From Alphaproteobacteria bacterium (GTDB taxonomy: Bacteria > Pseudomonadota > Alphaproteobacteria > UBA7887): 64,000 nucleotides of DNA. The stretch lies in the NCBI GenBank assembly GCA_965214495.1, contig OZ243958.1:1301989-1365988 (forward strand). The letters are read 5' to 3'. The notes below the pieces were generated by a model. The model saw only the letters and a list, made by a program, of their open reading frames with translations, did no database searches and was not told where the DNA came from. Numbering within the stretch: position 1 is the stretch's first letter; the number at the start of each line of letters is the position of its first letter. Below are positions 1 to 9,130 of the stretch, piece by piece. The translations under genes were made by a program, and so were the position numbers.

Positions 1-3000
1 CCGGCCTCATTGAAGGTCCGCCGTGAGGCGCGCGTTGGCCGAGGCCTATCAGGGTTTCCGGGGCGTTATTGCCCCGGCCTCATTGAAGGCAACGCAAGGA
101 GACAGAAATGGTCCAGCAGCCCTACGGTTTCCGGGGCGTTATTGCCCCGGCCTCATTGAAGGCGGACATGCTCCCGGCCCGCGGGGGCGCCAACCGCTGG
201 GTTTCCGGGGCGTTATTGCCCCGGCCTCATTGAAGGCGATTCGTCGCTGGCGTGCAGCCCGTCCACGGCGCGGTTTCCGGGGCGTTATTGCCCCGGCCTC
301 ATTGAAGGACGGCAGTAGGCCCCCCCGTCCCGGTGGACGCGGAAGGTTTCCGGGGCGTTATTGCCCCGGCCTCATTGAAGGTTCAATCCGCGCTGGCGCT
401 ACGACCCGGTTTACCGCGGTTTCCGGGGCGTTATTGCCCCGGCCTCATTGAAGGCTCAAACGCCCGTTGTTATCAACGCCTTGCACGAACGGTTTCCGGG
501 GCGTTATTGCCCCGGCCTCATTGAAGGCTCGGCTACACCGATGCTTTGGCCGATGCAGACCGGGTTTCCGGGGCGTTATTGCCCCGGCCTCATTGAAGGC
601 AGGGCGTAATAGATCTGGCGGGGGCTGCTGATCACTTGGTTTCCGGGGCGTTATTGCCCCGGCCTCATTGAAGGCGTTCATGCTCGGGCGCATGTGGTAT
701 CGCCGCGTGGGTTTCCGGGGCGTTATTGCCCCGGCCTCATTGAAGGGAGCCGCGGACCCCACACACAGACATGCCAGTGCGGCGGTTTCCGGGGCGTTAT
801 TGCCCCGGCCTCATTGAAGGTCCTTCCTCTCACCCTCGCCGACTTCCCTATGCAGAGGTTTCCGGGGCGTTATTGCCCCGGCCTCATTGAAGGATCTTCT
901 CCCAGTCCACCTCGATGATCTCGGGCTGGGGTTTCCGGGGCGTTATTGCCCCGGCCTCATTGAAGGCATGGTCTGAGCAAGCATGCTAGAACCATCCTAC
1001 TGCGGTTTCCGGGGCGTTATTGCCCCGGCCTCATTGAAGGTGCCGCCAGGACCGCATCCACAGGATCCGCCGCTCCGGTTTCCGGGGCGTTATTGCCCCG
1101 GCCTCATTGAAGGCCTGCTGGATGTTCGACGCGGCTACCGGCATCCGCGAGGGTTTCCGGGGCGTTATTGCCCCGGCCTCATTGAAGGCTGGCAGCGCCA
1201 AGGCCGGGATCGCCGCGCGCCGCGAGGTTTCCGGGGCGTTATTGCCCCGGCCTCATTGAAGGTTCGCCCTCGACGACCAGGACCGTCCGCTCCGGCTGCG
1301 GGTTTCCGGGGCGTTATTGCCCCGGCCTCATTGAAGGGAGTTCTCGCGGCGTTTCATCGCCATGTCCATGCGCCGGTTTCCGGGGCGTTATTGCCCCGGC
1401 CTCATTGAAGGAGCGCGTAATAGATCTGGCGGGGGCTGCTGGTCATTGGTTTCCGGGGCGTTATTGCCCCGGCCTCATTGAAGCTGGTCCCAGACCACGG
1501 GGCGGCGGATGGCATAGGTGTTTCCGGGGCGTTATTGCCCCGGCCTCATTGAAGCGTCGAATTGTCCATGCGCCCGAATTATGCCGTGTGACGTTTCCGG
1601 GGCGTTATTGCCCCGGCCTCATTGAAGCCCCGGCGGCTCGGTGGTGGCCGCCGCTGGTAAGGAGGGTTTCCAGGGCGTTATTGCCCCGGCCTCATTGAAG
1701 CACCGCCGGTCCCATTTTTTTACCCCCCCCCTGCCGAGGTTTCCGGGGCGTTATTGCCCCGGCCTCATTGAAGCGTAGCCGTCTAGACGCTTTTGGGCGG
1801 GTCGGCTGGCGTTTCCGGGGCGTTATTGCCCCGGCCTCATTGAAGCCCGGTCTCGGCCCAGTCCTCGACCCCCGCCGTCACGCGCGGTTTCCGGGGCGTT
1901 ATTGCCCCGGCCTCATTGAAGCCGGCATGGCTAGAGACACAGACGCCAATCGCATCCAGGTTTCCGGGGCGTTATTGCCCCGGCCTCATTGAAGCGAATT
2001 GACGCGGCGGCGGCTGGCTCTGGCCCACATGGTTTCCGGGGCGTTATTGCCCCGGCCTCATTGAAGCGTGCTGATCCCAGGACCGCATATAGAGGATCCG
2101 GCGCTGTTTCCGGGGCGTTATTGCCCCGGCCTCATTGAAGCACGGCGCGGTGTTCCTCGCCGGGCCGGACCTGGATGCGTTTCCGGGGCGTTATTGCCCC
2201 GGCCTCATTGAAGCCGATCCCGGCGCTGAGGCGTCTACGGGACAGTCGGCGTTTCCGGGGCGTTATTGCCCCGGCCTCATTGAAGCTCGGCAAATCCGGC
2301 GGGGCTGGTGCCCGTTCAGGCCGGTTTCCGGGGCGTTATTGCCCCGGCCTCATTGAAGCGGCGAGACGCAAACCGCCGGATAGCTGACGAGCGCGCCGTT
2401 TCCGGGGCGTTATTGCCCCGGCCTCATTGAAGCGGCATCGCTACGGCGTCGGGCTGACGCCGGCCGATGGTTTCCGGGGCGTTATTGCCCCGGCCTCATT
2501 GAAGCTTGTGCCCCGGCATTTCCATCAGGTCTTGGACCGCGGGTTTCCGGGGCGTTATTGCCCCGGCCTCATTGAAGCAACTCGGTCATGGCTTCGGTGG
2601 ACGACGGGCAGTTGGTTTCCGGGGCGTTATTGCCCCGGCCTCATTGAAGCTTGAGCGTCGTGAGCGGGCGCGGCGCGAACGGCATGGTTTCCGGGGCGTT
2701 ATTGCCCCGGCCTCATTGAAGCCTGATGCGCCCCCAGCCCGTCATCCCGCATCGCATCGTTTCCGGGGCGTTATTGCCCCGGCCTCATTGAAGCTTTCGC
2801 CCTCCGAGGCACTTTTTTTCAGCCGCCCCCGCGTTTCCGGGGCGTTATTGCCCCGGCCTCATTGAAGCAGTCGCCTCGATCAGAGCGCCCCCCGGGCCCA
2901 CCGTCGTTTCCGGGGCGTTATTGCCCCGGCCTCATTGAAGCTCGGCGCGGTTGGCGGCGAGTGTCTGGCGGCTGGCGGTGTTTCCGGGGCGTTATTGCCC

Positions 3001-4434
3001 CGGCCTCATTGAAGCGGACCGAGGAGGTGGACGATGCGGTCGGTTGCGAGCTGGTTTCCGGGGCGTTATTGCCCCGGCCTCATTGAAGCCCGACGGACGG
3101 CGTGTGTTTCGGTCAGTCCTTGACGTGTTTCCGGGGCGTTATTGCCCCGGCCTCATTGAAGCTCGAGGCAACGTGTGGTTGTTCAATCGACCCGCCGCGT
3201 TTCCGGGGCGTTATTGCCCCGGCCTCATTGAAGCCCATTGTCGCGTGAATGCCGTCAACACTGTCCGCAGGTTTCCGGGGCGTTATTGCCCCGGCCTCAT
3301 TGAAGCTCCTGTGTTGGGGGCGGCGGCCGCCACCGCCGCCCCGTTTCCGGGGCGTTATTGCCCCGGCCTCATTGAAGCAGATCCACGGCGACTATGTCGC
3401 GCTGCGCTATCGGTCGTTTCCGGGGCGTTATTGCCCCGGCCTCATTGAAGCTCGCTCCACCCGCTCGGCAGTTGCGCCATGAAATCCGGGTTTCCGGGGC
3501 GTTATTGCCCCGGCCTCATTGAAGCCGCGCTACATTCGGCTCGGACGATGACATTGCGGCGGAGTTTCCGGGGCGTTATTGCCCCGGCCTCATTGAAGCC
3601 GAGATCGGCTCCGCGCTGCCGCTGTCCACCGCCGATAGTTTCCGGGGCGTTATTGCCCCGGCCTCATTGAAGCGCGATGACAACTGGCATGACGGCGCCA
3701 TCATAGCCGAGTTTCCGGGGCGTTATTGCCCCGGCCTCATTGAAGCGCGAGCGTGTCAGGCGCCGTATGCGGCTCCGGCACGTTTCCGGGGCGTTATTGC
3801 CCCGGCCTCATTGAAGCCCTGCGCCCGGCTGCATCGCTGCCGGTTTCCACAAGGTTTCCGGGGCGTTATTGCCCCGGCCTCATTGAAGCGTCGGGTTGCT
3901 TAATGCGCCGGGCAAACTGGATTGGCGTTTCCGGGGCGTTATTGCCCCGGCCTCATTGAAGCTGCCTCACGCCCGACCGCTCGATCACCTCGTCGGAGAG
4001 TTTCCGGGGCGTTATTGCCCCGGCCTCATTGAAGCTAGGCGGCGCTGCGGAAGGCGGTCTGCGCATCCCACAGTTTCCGGGGCGTTATTGCCCCGGCCTC
4101 ATTGAAGCTCGATCAGGTGCATGGCGTAGGCGATCTGGCGAGGGGTTTCCGGGGCGTTATTGCCCCGGCCTCATTGAAGCGCGCCGGATGTCCGCACTGC
4201 CGCCCTGTCGCTCCCGGTTTCCGGGGCGTTATTGCCCCGGCCTCATTGAAGCCAGCGCGGCCCCCGTCGGGATACGCGCCCGGAGCGTCGTTTCCGGGGC
4301 GTTATTGCCCCGGCCTCATTGAAGCAGATTTGGACGGACCGTTTCAACGGTTCCGTCGTCAGTTTCCGGGGCGTTATTGCCCCGGCCTCATTGAAGCTAA
4401 TACAGACCTACGGCATCCCCCCCAGAGAAGCTAG
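1..4434 (+). CRISPR. CRISPR array, distal part (~60 repeats). Repeat is GTTTCCGGGGCGTTATTGCCCCGGCCTCATTGAAG plus a terminal G (units 1-20) or C (units 21-60). Spacers are 36-38 nt. The array continues upstream of the window.
   Basis: Exact 35/36-nt repeat recurs with ~73-74 bp period from base 1 (window starts mid-repeat) to 4397. It contains an internal palindrome CCGGGGC/GCCCCGG and a 3' ATTGAAG handle typical of type I/III repeats. Spacers are unique, bar two near-duplicate pairs. The last spacer (4398-4434) is complete at 37 nt and abuts an IS inverted repeat. Degenerate repeats sit only at the IS side (see 7895-8110), so the leader lies upstream of position 1. Confidence 0.95.
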
Positions 4435-5113
4435 CCCGGATATCTCACGGTGTGTAGTGCATCGGCCTCTGTGATCTGATAAAGTCGTTGTTGACCAATG
4501 ACTTGCCAGATCGGGAGCAGAGGACCGATGCAGACGGAGTGTATCAGCAAGCAGTTTGAGTTTGAAGGCTTTGGGAAGCGCCGGGTTGTTGCCGGGTTTG
4601 ACGGCGGTGCGCTGACGACCAACGCGGGTGCGCTACTGCTTCGCCGGACCGATCGGGCGATCGGCCTGTTCGAGCGGGTGGCCGCTTGCTTCACCGATGC
4701 TCGGCGGTCGGACCTTGTAGTCCATGACCTGCGGGCCTTGATCGGCCAGCGCATCGGCGCGATTGCCCTGGGTCATGAGGATGTGGCGGACCACGACGAG
4801 CTTCGCCACGATCCGGTGTTGGCGCTTCTGTCGGATCACTGTGAGCCGAAGCGGCGGGACTGTGCGGTGCTGGCGGGCAAGAGCACGCTGAACCGGTTGG
4901 AGCATGCATTTGGGGATAAGCCCGGGCGTTACCATCGGATCGGCCACGATGCCGGCGCGCTCGAGGATTTGTTGGTGACGCTGTTTCTGGAGGCTCACGA
5001 GGGGCCCGAGAAGCGCATCGTGCTGGACCTGGACGCCACTGACGATCCGCTGCACGGGGATCAGGAGGGCCGGTTTTTCCACGGCTATTACAAGTGCTAT
5101 TGCTATCTGCCGC
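4435..5113 (+). mobile_element. IS1380-family IS, left part. It holds IRL CCCGGATATCTCAC and the transposase N-terminal 205 codons (4498-5113), interrupted by an IS4 insertion.
   Basis: ORF 4498-5130 matches the IS1380-family transposase N-terminus (QTECIS..FEFEGFG..., ending HGYYKCYCYLP). The reading frame continues exactly in the minus-strand fragment at 9123->8336 (LP|LYIFCGRHLLASRLRPANIDA...). The 7-bp CTGCCGC is present at 5107-5113 and, reverse-complemented, at 9124-9130, as an IS4 target duplication. The 4-bp CTAG at 4431-4434 and 8111-8114 flanks the inverted-repeat pair. The reconstructed length is ~1688 bp, typical for IS1380. Confidence 0.88.
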
Positions 5114-6428
5114 CACTGCTGTCCGGTTAACTGATCGTACGGGTTTCTGAACGTCAAGTTTTCTGCGGGTTTGGGGCGGAGAACGGGTGGTGTCGATTTG
5201 AATGCGATGGGGCACTTTGCGGTATTTTTCCGCGGAGGCTCCCATGAACGCCGGCAGGCTCCTGTTCGCCCAGCTGATGGATTATGTGCGGTGGACGACG
5301 TTTGCCCGGATCGTCGCCCGTTACGATGGCGACCGCCGGGTCCGGAGGCTCAGCTGCGCCGAGCGATACCGGGCCATGGCCTTCGCCCAACTGACTTGGC
5401 GCGAGAGCCTGCGCGACATCGAGACCTGCCTTTCGGTCCACGCCGCGAAGCTCTATCGCATGGGGTTCCGTCAGCCGGTCCGGCGCTCGACCCTGGCCGA
5501 TGCCAACGAGGGTCGCGACTGGCGCATCCATGCCGAGCTGGCTCAGCGGCTGATCGTCCGGGCGCGGAAGCTGTATGCCGACGAGGGGCTGGGGCTGGAA
5601 CTGACCAACACCGTTTACGCGCTGGACGCGACGATTATCGACCTGTGCCTGTCGGTCTTCCCGTGGGCGCGCTTCCGCACCGCCAAGGCGGCGGTCAAGA
5701 TGCACACCCTGCTCGATCTGCGGGGCAGCATTCCGAGCTTCATCCACATCTCGGACGGCAAGCTGCATGGCGTCCATGCCCTCGACCTTCTCCTGCCCGA
5801 GGCTGGAGCCATCTACGTCATGGATCGCGCCTATGTCGACTTCGCCCGCCTCCATGCCCTGCATCTGGCCGGGGCCTTCTTCGTCACTCGCGCCAAGTCG
5901 AACATGAACGCCCATCGGGTCTACTCGGCGCCGGCGGACCGTGCGGGCGGCATCGTCTGCGACCAGACCATCTCGCTCGACGGCGACCTCACCAGCCGGA
6001 ACTACCCCGAACATCTGCGCCGCATCCGCTTCAAGGATCCCGAGACCGCCAGGACGCTGGTGTTCATCACCAACAACTTCACACTGGCGGCGCCGACCGT
6101 CTGTGCGCTCTACAAGAGCCGCTGGCAGGTCGAGTTGTTCTTCAAGTGGATCAAGCAGCATCTTCGCATCAAGCGATTCTACGGCACTTCGGAGAACGCC
6201 GTGAAGACGCAGATCTGGATCGCCGTCTCGGTCTACGTCCTCGTCGCCATCGCCAAGAAGCGGCTCCACCTCGACGCCTCGCTCTACACTTTGCTGCAGA
6301 TCCTCTCGGTCTCCTTGTTCGAAAAAATGCCTCTGTCTCAAGCACTTGCCGGAAGCCAATACAGTTGCAACCAGACGGAAATAACTAACCAACTGAATCT
6401 ATTCACTTTTTAACCGGACACTAATGAT
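5114..6428 (+). mobile_element. IS4-family insertion sequence, copy A (1315 bp)
   Basis: It is identical to the copy at 9131-10445, giving identical 403-aa transposases. Termini are CACTGCTGTCCGGTTAA… and …TTAACCGGACACTAATGAT (imperfect inverted repeat, core GTCCGGTTAA). It is flanked on the left by CTGCCGC. Confidence 0.9.
5202..6413 (+). CDS. IS4-family DDE transposase (DUF4372 N-terminal domain plus DDE_Tnp_1), 403 aa
   Basis: A full-length ORF with a characteristic IS4-family sequence. It is duplicated identically at 9146-10357(-). The overlapping antisense ORFs (412/405 aa) are GC-driven artefacts. Confidence 0.9.
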   Translation: MRWGTLRYFSAEAPMNAGRLLFAQLMDYVRWTTFARIVARYDGDRRVRRLSCAERYRAMAFAQLTWRESLRDIETCLSVHAAKLYRMGFRQPVRRSTLADANEGRDWRIHAELAQRLIVRARKLYADEGLGLELTNTVYALDATIIDLCLSVFPWARFRTAKAAVKMHTLLDLRGSIPSFIHISDGKLHGVHALDLLLPEAGAIYVMDRAYVDFARLHALHLAGAFFVTRAKSNMNAHRVYSAPADRAGGIVCDQTISLDGDLTSRNYPEHLRRIRFKDPETARTLVFITNNFTLAAPTVCALYKSRWQVELFFKWIKQHLRIKRFYGTSENAVKTQIWIAVSVYVLVAIAKKRLHLDASLYTLLQILSVSLFEKMPLSQALAGSQYSCNQTEITNQLNLFTF

Positions 6429-6699
6429 CCAACCTGGTTTATCTATCGCTTCTATGGATCGGCGCGCTGTTCGCGTTTCTGGAACACAGGAGGCTTGCAC
6501 GACATCGAATGGCGTCGTGAACGGCGGTGGGACGGGTGCTGAAACCGCTGTTTTCGCGATAGGCGCTGTCGGTGACGGCTCTGGGATCGCACGTTCGAGG
6601 ACTCCGCACGCCCGGAGGAGAAATTGCGCTGGAGTTTCGGACTTCGACCGACATTGAGGGGAACAGGAAACGAAAACTGCTTATACCGGGCGCGGGTCA

Positions 6700-7892
6700 T
6701 ATTGACTCATGTTTCGATATATTGTGGCGCGCGTGTGTGTATGGTCCATATAGTGTGTCTGTGGTTTTGACATGACCGGAGAGTAAGGATGGGTGCGGCA
6801 ACACCGATAACTCGTGAGGATCACACGGCGGATGAACTCTATGATTTGGCGCGGGGGTGCGGGGATGCGAAGCAGGCGTCTCGTGCGCGAGCGATAGCGA
6901 TGATCATGGAGGGGTTCTCGCGGTCGGAGGCGGGTCGGTCGCAAGGCATGGAGCTTCAAATTCTGCGCGATTGGGTAGTGCGCTACAACGCTGAGGGGTT
7001 TGAGGGTCTTGCGGACCGGGCGCGGGGCGGTAGCACGGGGCGGTTGACGGAAGCGCAAATCGCCGAGATCGGCGGGTGGATGGAGGCGGGTCCGGACCTT
7101 GAGCGGGACGGCGTGACGCGCTGGCGCGTTCGGGACATCGTGCGGAAGATCGAGGAGGCCTTCGGAGTGATCTATACGGAGAGCGGCGCCCGTATGATGC
7201 TCCGAAGGTCGGGGTTTTGTTTTGTTTCGGGGCGACCGCTCCACCCCAACGCCGACCCGGCGCGGCAGCGGGCGTTCGTGGCGTCGTTCGAAGCGCGGTT
7301 GAGGTTGGCGCTCAGTCCGTCGGCGCTGGCGGGACCGATCGAGGTCTGGTTTCAGGACGAGGCGCGCGTCGGGCAGGGGGGGATGACGACGCGGGTGTGG
7401 GCGCGTGGCAAGCAGCGTCCCCGGATCGTGCGCGACCATCGCTACGGCTATGTCTATCTGTTCGGGGCTGCGTGCGCGGCGCGGGGCGTTGGCGTCGCGC
7501 ATGTGGCGGACACGGCGTCGATGAACGCGCATCTGGCGGCCATCGGGGCGGCGGTGATGCCGGGTGCGCATGGGGTGATCGTCCTCGACGGCGCGGGCTG
7601 GCATCGCTCGAACGATCTGGTCGTTCCTCGCAACCTGACGCTCGTGCATCTGCCACCCTACAGCCCGGAACTCAACCCGATGGAGCAGATCGTTCTGTTT
7701 CTGAAATCGAACCGCTTTGCCAACCGCGTGTTCAAGGATGCCGCCGCCTTGAAGGAGGCGTGTCGGACAGCATGGCGATGGCTGACCGACCAGCCCAGCG
7801 TCATCACCACCATGACACATCGCAACTGGGCCACCGCTCCATCCCGCTAATCCCAAACCCTAACCGCATCAGTTCGTTTGAATTACGGTTGG
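6700..7892 (+). mobile_element. IS630-family element. The right end is firm, at the TA at 7893-7894. The left boundary is not identified.
   Basis: It contains an intact IS630/Tc1-mariner type transposase. The right terminus …ACGGTTGG|TA lies inside a CRISPR repeat (cgtTAttgcc), and TA is the IS630 target. No matching left inverted repeat or left half of the repeat was found between 6429 and 6790, so the left boundary is approximate. Confidence 0.6.
6789..7850 (+). CDS. IS630-family transposase (HTH plus DDE_3), 353 aa
   Basis: It has the DDE_3 motif …LPPYSPELNPMEQIV… and N-terminal winged-HTH. An RBS GGAGAGTAAGG sits upstream. Confidence 0.85.
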   Translation: MGAATPITREDHTADELYDLARGCGDAKQASRARAIAMIMEGFSRSEAGRSQGMELQILRDWVVRYNAEGFEGLADRARGGSTGRLTEAQIAEIGGWMEAGPDLERDGVTRWRVRDIVRKIEEAFGVIYTESGARMMLRRSGFCFVSGRPLHPNADPARQRAFVASFEARLRLALSPSALAGPIEVWFQDEARVGQGGMTTRVWARGKQRPRIVRDHRYGYVYLFGAACAARGVGVAHVADTASMNAHLAAIGAAVMPGAHGVIVLDGAGWHRSNDLVVPRNLTLVHLPPYSPELNPMEQIVLFLKSNRFANRVFKDAAALKEACRTAWRWLTDQPSVITTMTHRNWATAPSR

Positions 7893-7894
7893 TA

Positions 7895-8110
7895 TAACGC
7901 CCCGGAAGGGTGGACGGCGCGGCGCTGGTGATTCCCGCATCTCTGGCTTCAATGAGGTCGGGGCAATAACGCCCCGGAAGGGCCCTGAACAGGCGGCGCG
8001 CGACGCCCCATAGTCCCCGCTTCAATGAGGCCGGGGCAATAACGCCCCGGAAACCCAAGGCCGAGGCCGAAGCCGCTTCAATGAGGCCGGGGCAATAACG
8101 CCCCGGAAAC
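7895..8110 (-). CRISPR. Detached CRISPR trailer mini-array. Read on the minus strand it has 2 intact C-type repeats, 1 degenerate repeat (CCCTTCC...GACCTC...) and 1 partial repeat cut by IS630.
   Basis: The reverse complement of 8075-8110 and 8020-8054 equals the array repeat. The repeat at 7943-7978 has 3 substitutions. The partial repeat at 7895-7910 ends at a TA next to the IS630 end. Spacers are 20-39 nt. Immediately next to it is IS1380 IRR plus CTAG (8111-8128), matching the IRL junction at 4431-4448. Confidence 0.9.
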
Positions 8111-8114
8111 CTAG

Positions 8115-9130
8115 CCCGGATATCTCACAGGGGCGCGCGATGAGACGCTTTGTGTGTTGTTTGGGTGCGACGGGCTGGGCGCGGGAGCGCACTGTGGCGT
8201 TGTTGTGTTTGGTTGGGTGCCGTTTTGGTGTTTGGGCGCCGCTTATGCCGATTTTCTTGTTATATTCTCAAGATGAACGCAGCCGTCATCGCCCGGCGCT
8301 GGCGCCGGCATGTCAAGGTCACGTGGTGGGACGGTTCAGCGCGATAATCGTCGGTGTGCCTGGGCGAACTCGGTTCGGTAGGGGTGGTTGCTGGCCATGG
8401 AGACGAGAATGCGCCGTGCGCTGCGCCGGACCTGAGCGCCGAGCTTGAGCAGTTTCAAACGAATGGCGCCGCAAGTGGCGTTCTCCAGCCGCGTCGCCTT
8501 CAAGCCGATGCGCCGCAGCGCACACACCAGGACGTAGGCGAAGGAGGCGAACCACAGGCGCAGTTGGTTGGCCCGCATGGTCCGGGCCGAGGTGCGGTCG
8601 GCGAACAGGTCGAGTTGGCACTCCTTGATCCGGTTCTCCATCTCGCCGCGGGCGCAGTAGAGGTCTTCGTAGAGTGTTCGCGCGTCATACCGATCCGCCG
8701 GCAACGACGTGACCACGAAGCGCGGATTGGCGCCCTTGGGGAGATGTTCGGCCTTGGCCACGATCCGGCGCGCCCGGCACCAGCTCTGCCGTGTCCGATA
8801 CACGAAGTCGGCGAACCGCCGCGCCGGCTGGCCGCTCGCCTTACAGGCGGCCTTGGCCGCGCCAAGCTCGCGCTCGATGACGGCGGCCAGCCGGCGGTTG
8901 CGGGCCAGCCCGAACAGATAGCCAACGTCATTGGCCTCGCACCAGACCATCAGGTCCTCACGGCAAAAACCGGAATCGGCCCGCAAAACGATCTCCACCT
9001 CAGGCCACCGGGCGCGGACCTGGCCAACGATCCGCGCCACCTCGTCCACCGCCCCGGCCGCCGCGTCGATGTTGGCCGGGCGCAGCCGAGACGCCAGAAG
9101 ATGACGGCCACAAAAGATGTACAGCGGCAG
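8115..9130 (-). mobile_element. IS1380-family IS, right part (transposase C-terminal ~265 codons plus IRR). It is inverted relative to the left part.
   Basis: ORF 8336-9049(-) and its upstream extension encode the IS1380 transposase C-terminal domain (…RGEMENRIKECQLDL…NHPYRTEF…). IRR GTGAGATATCCGGG (reverse complement of 8115-8128) is the inverse of IRL at 4435-4448. It abuts the right end of IS4 copy B. Confidence 0.88.

Noticed and set aside
23-4434. Dozens of 60-165-aa ORFs with recurring peptides (GFRGVIAPASLK, FPGRYCPGLIEA)
   Set aside because: They are translations of the CRISPR repeat in different frames. They have no independent start or RBS context and are spurious.
5154-6392. 412-aa and 405-aa ORFs overlapping the IS4 transposase on both strands, also at 9167-10405
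   Set aside because: They are antisense or alternative-frame open frames typical of high-GC DNA. Only the 403-aa frame has transposase similarity.
4431-8128. An 18-bp direct repeat, CTAGCCCGGATATCTCAC, at 4431 and 8111. It first looked like an att site or array flank.
   Set aside because: It resolves into the CTAG target duplication plus the IRL and IRR of one IS1380 element whose right half is inverted.
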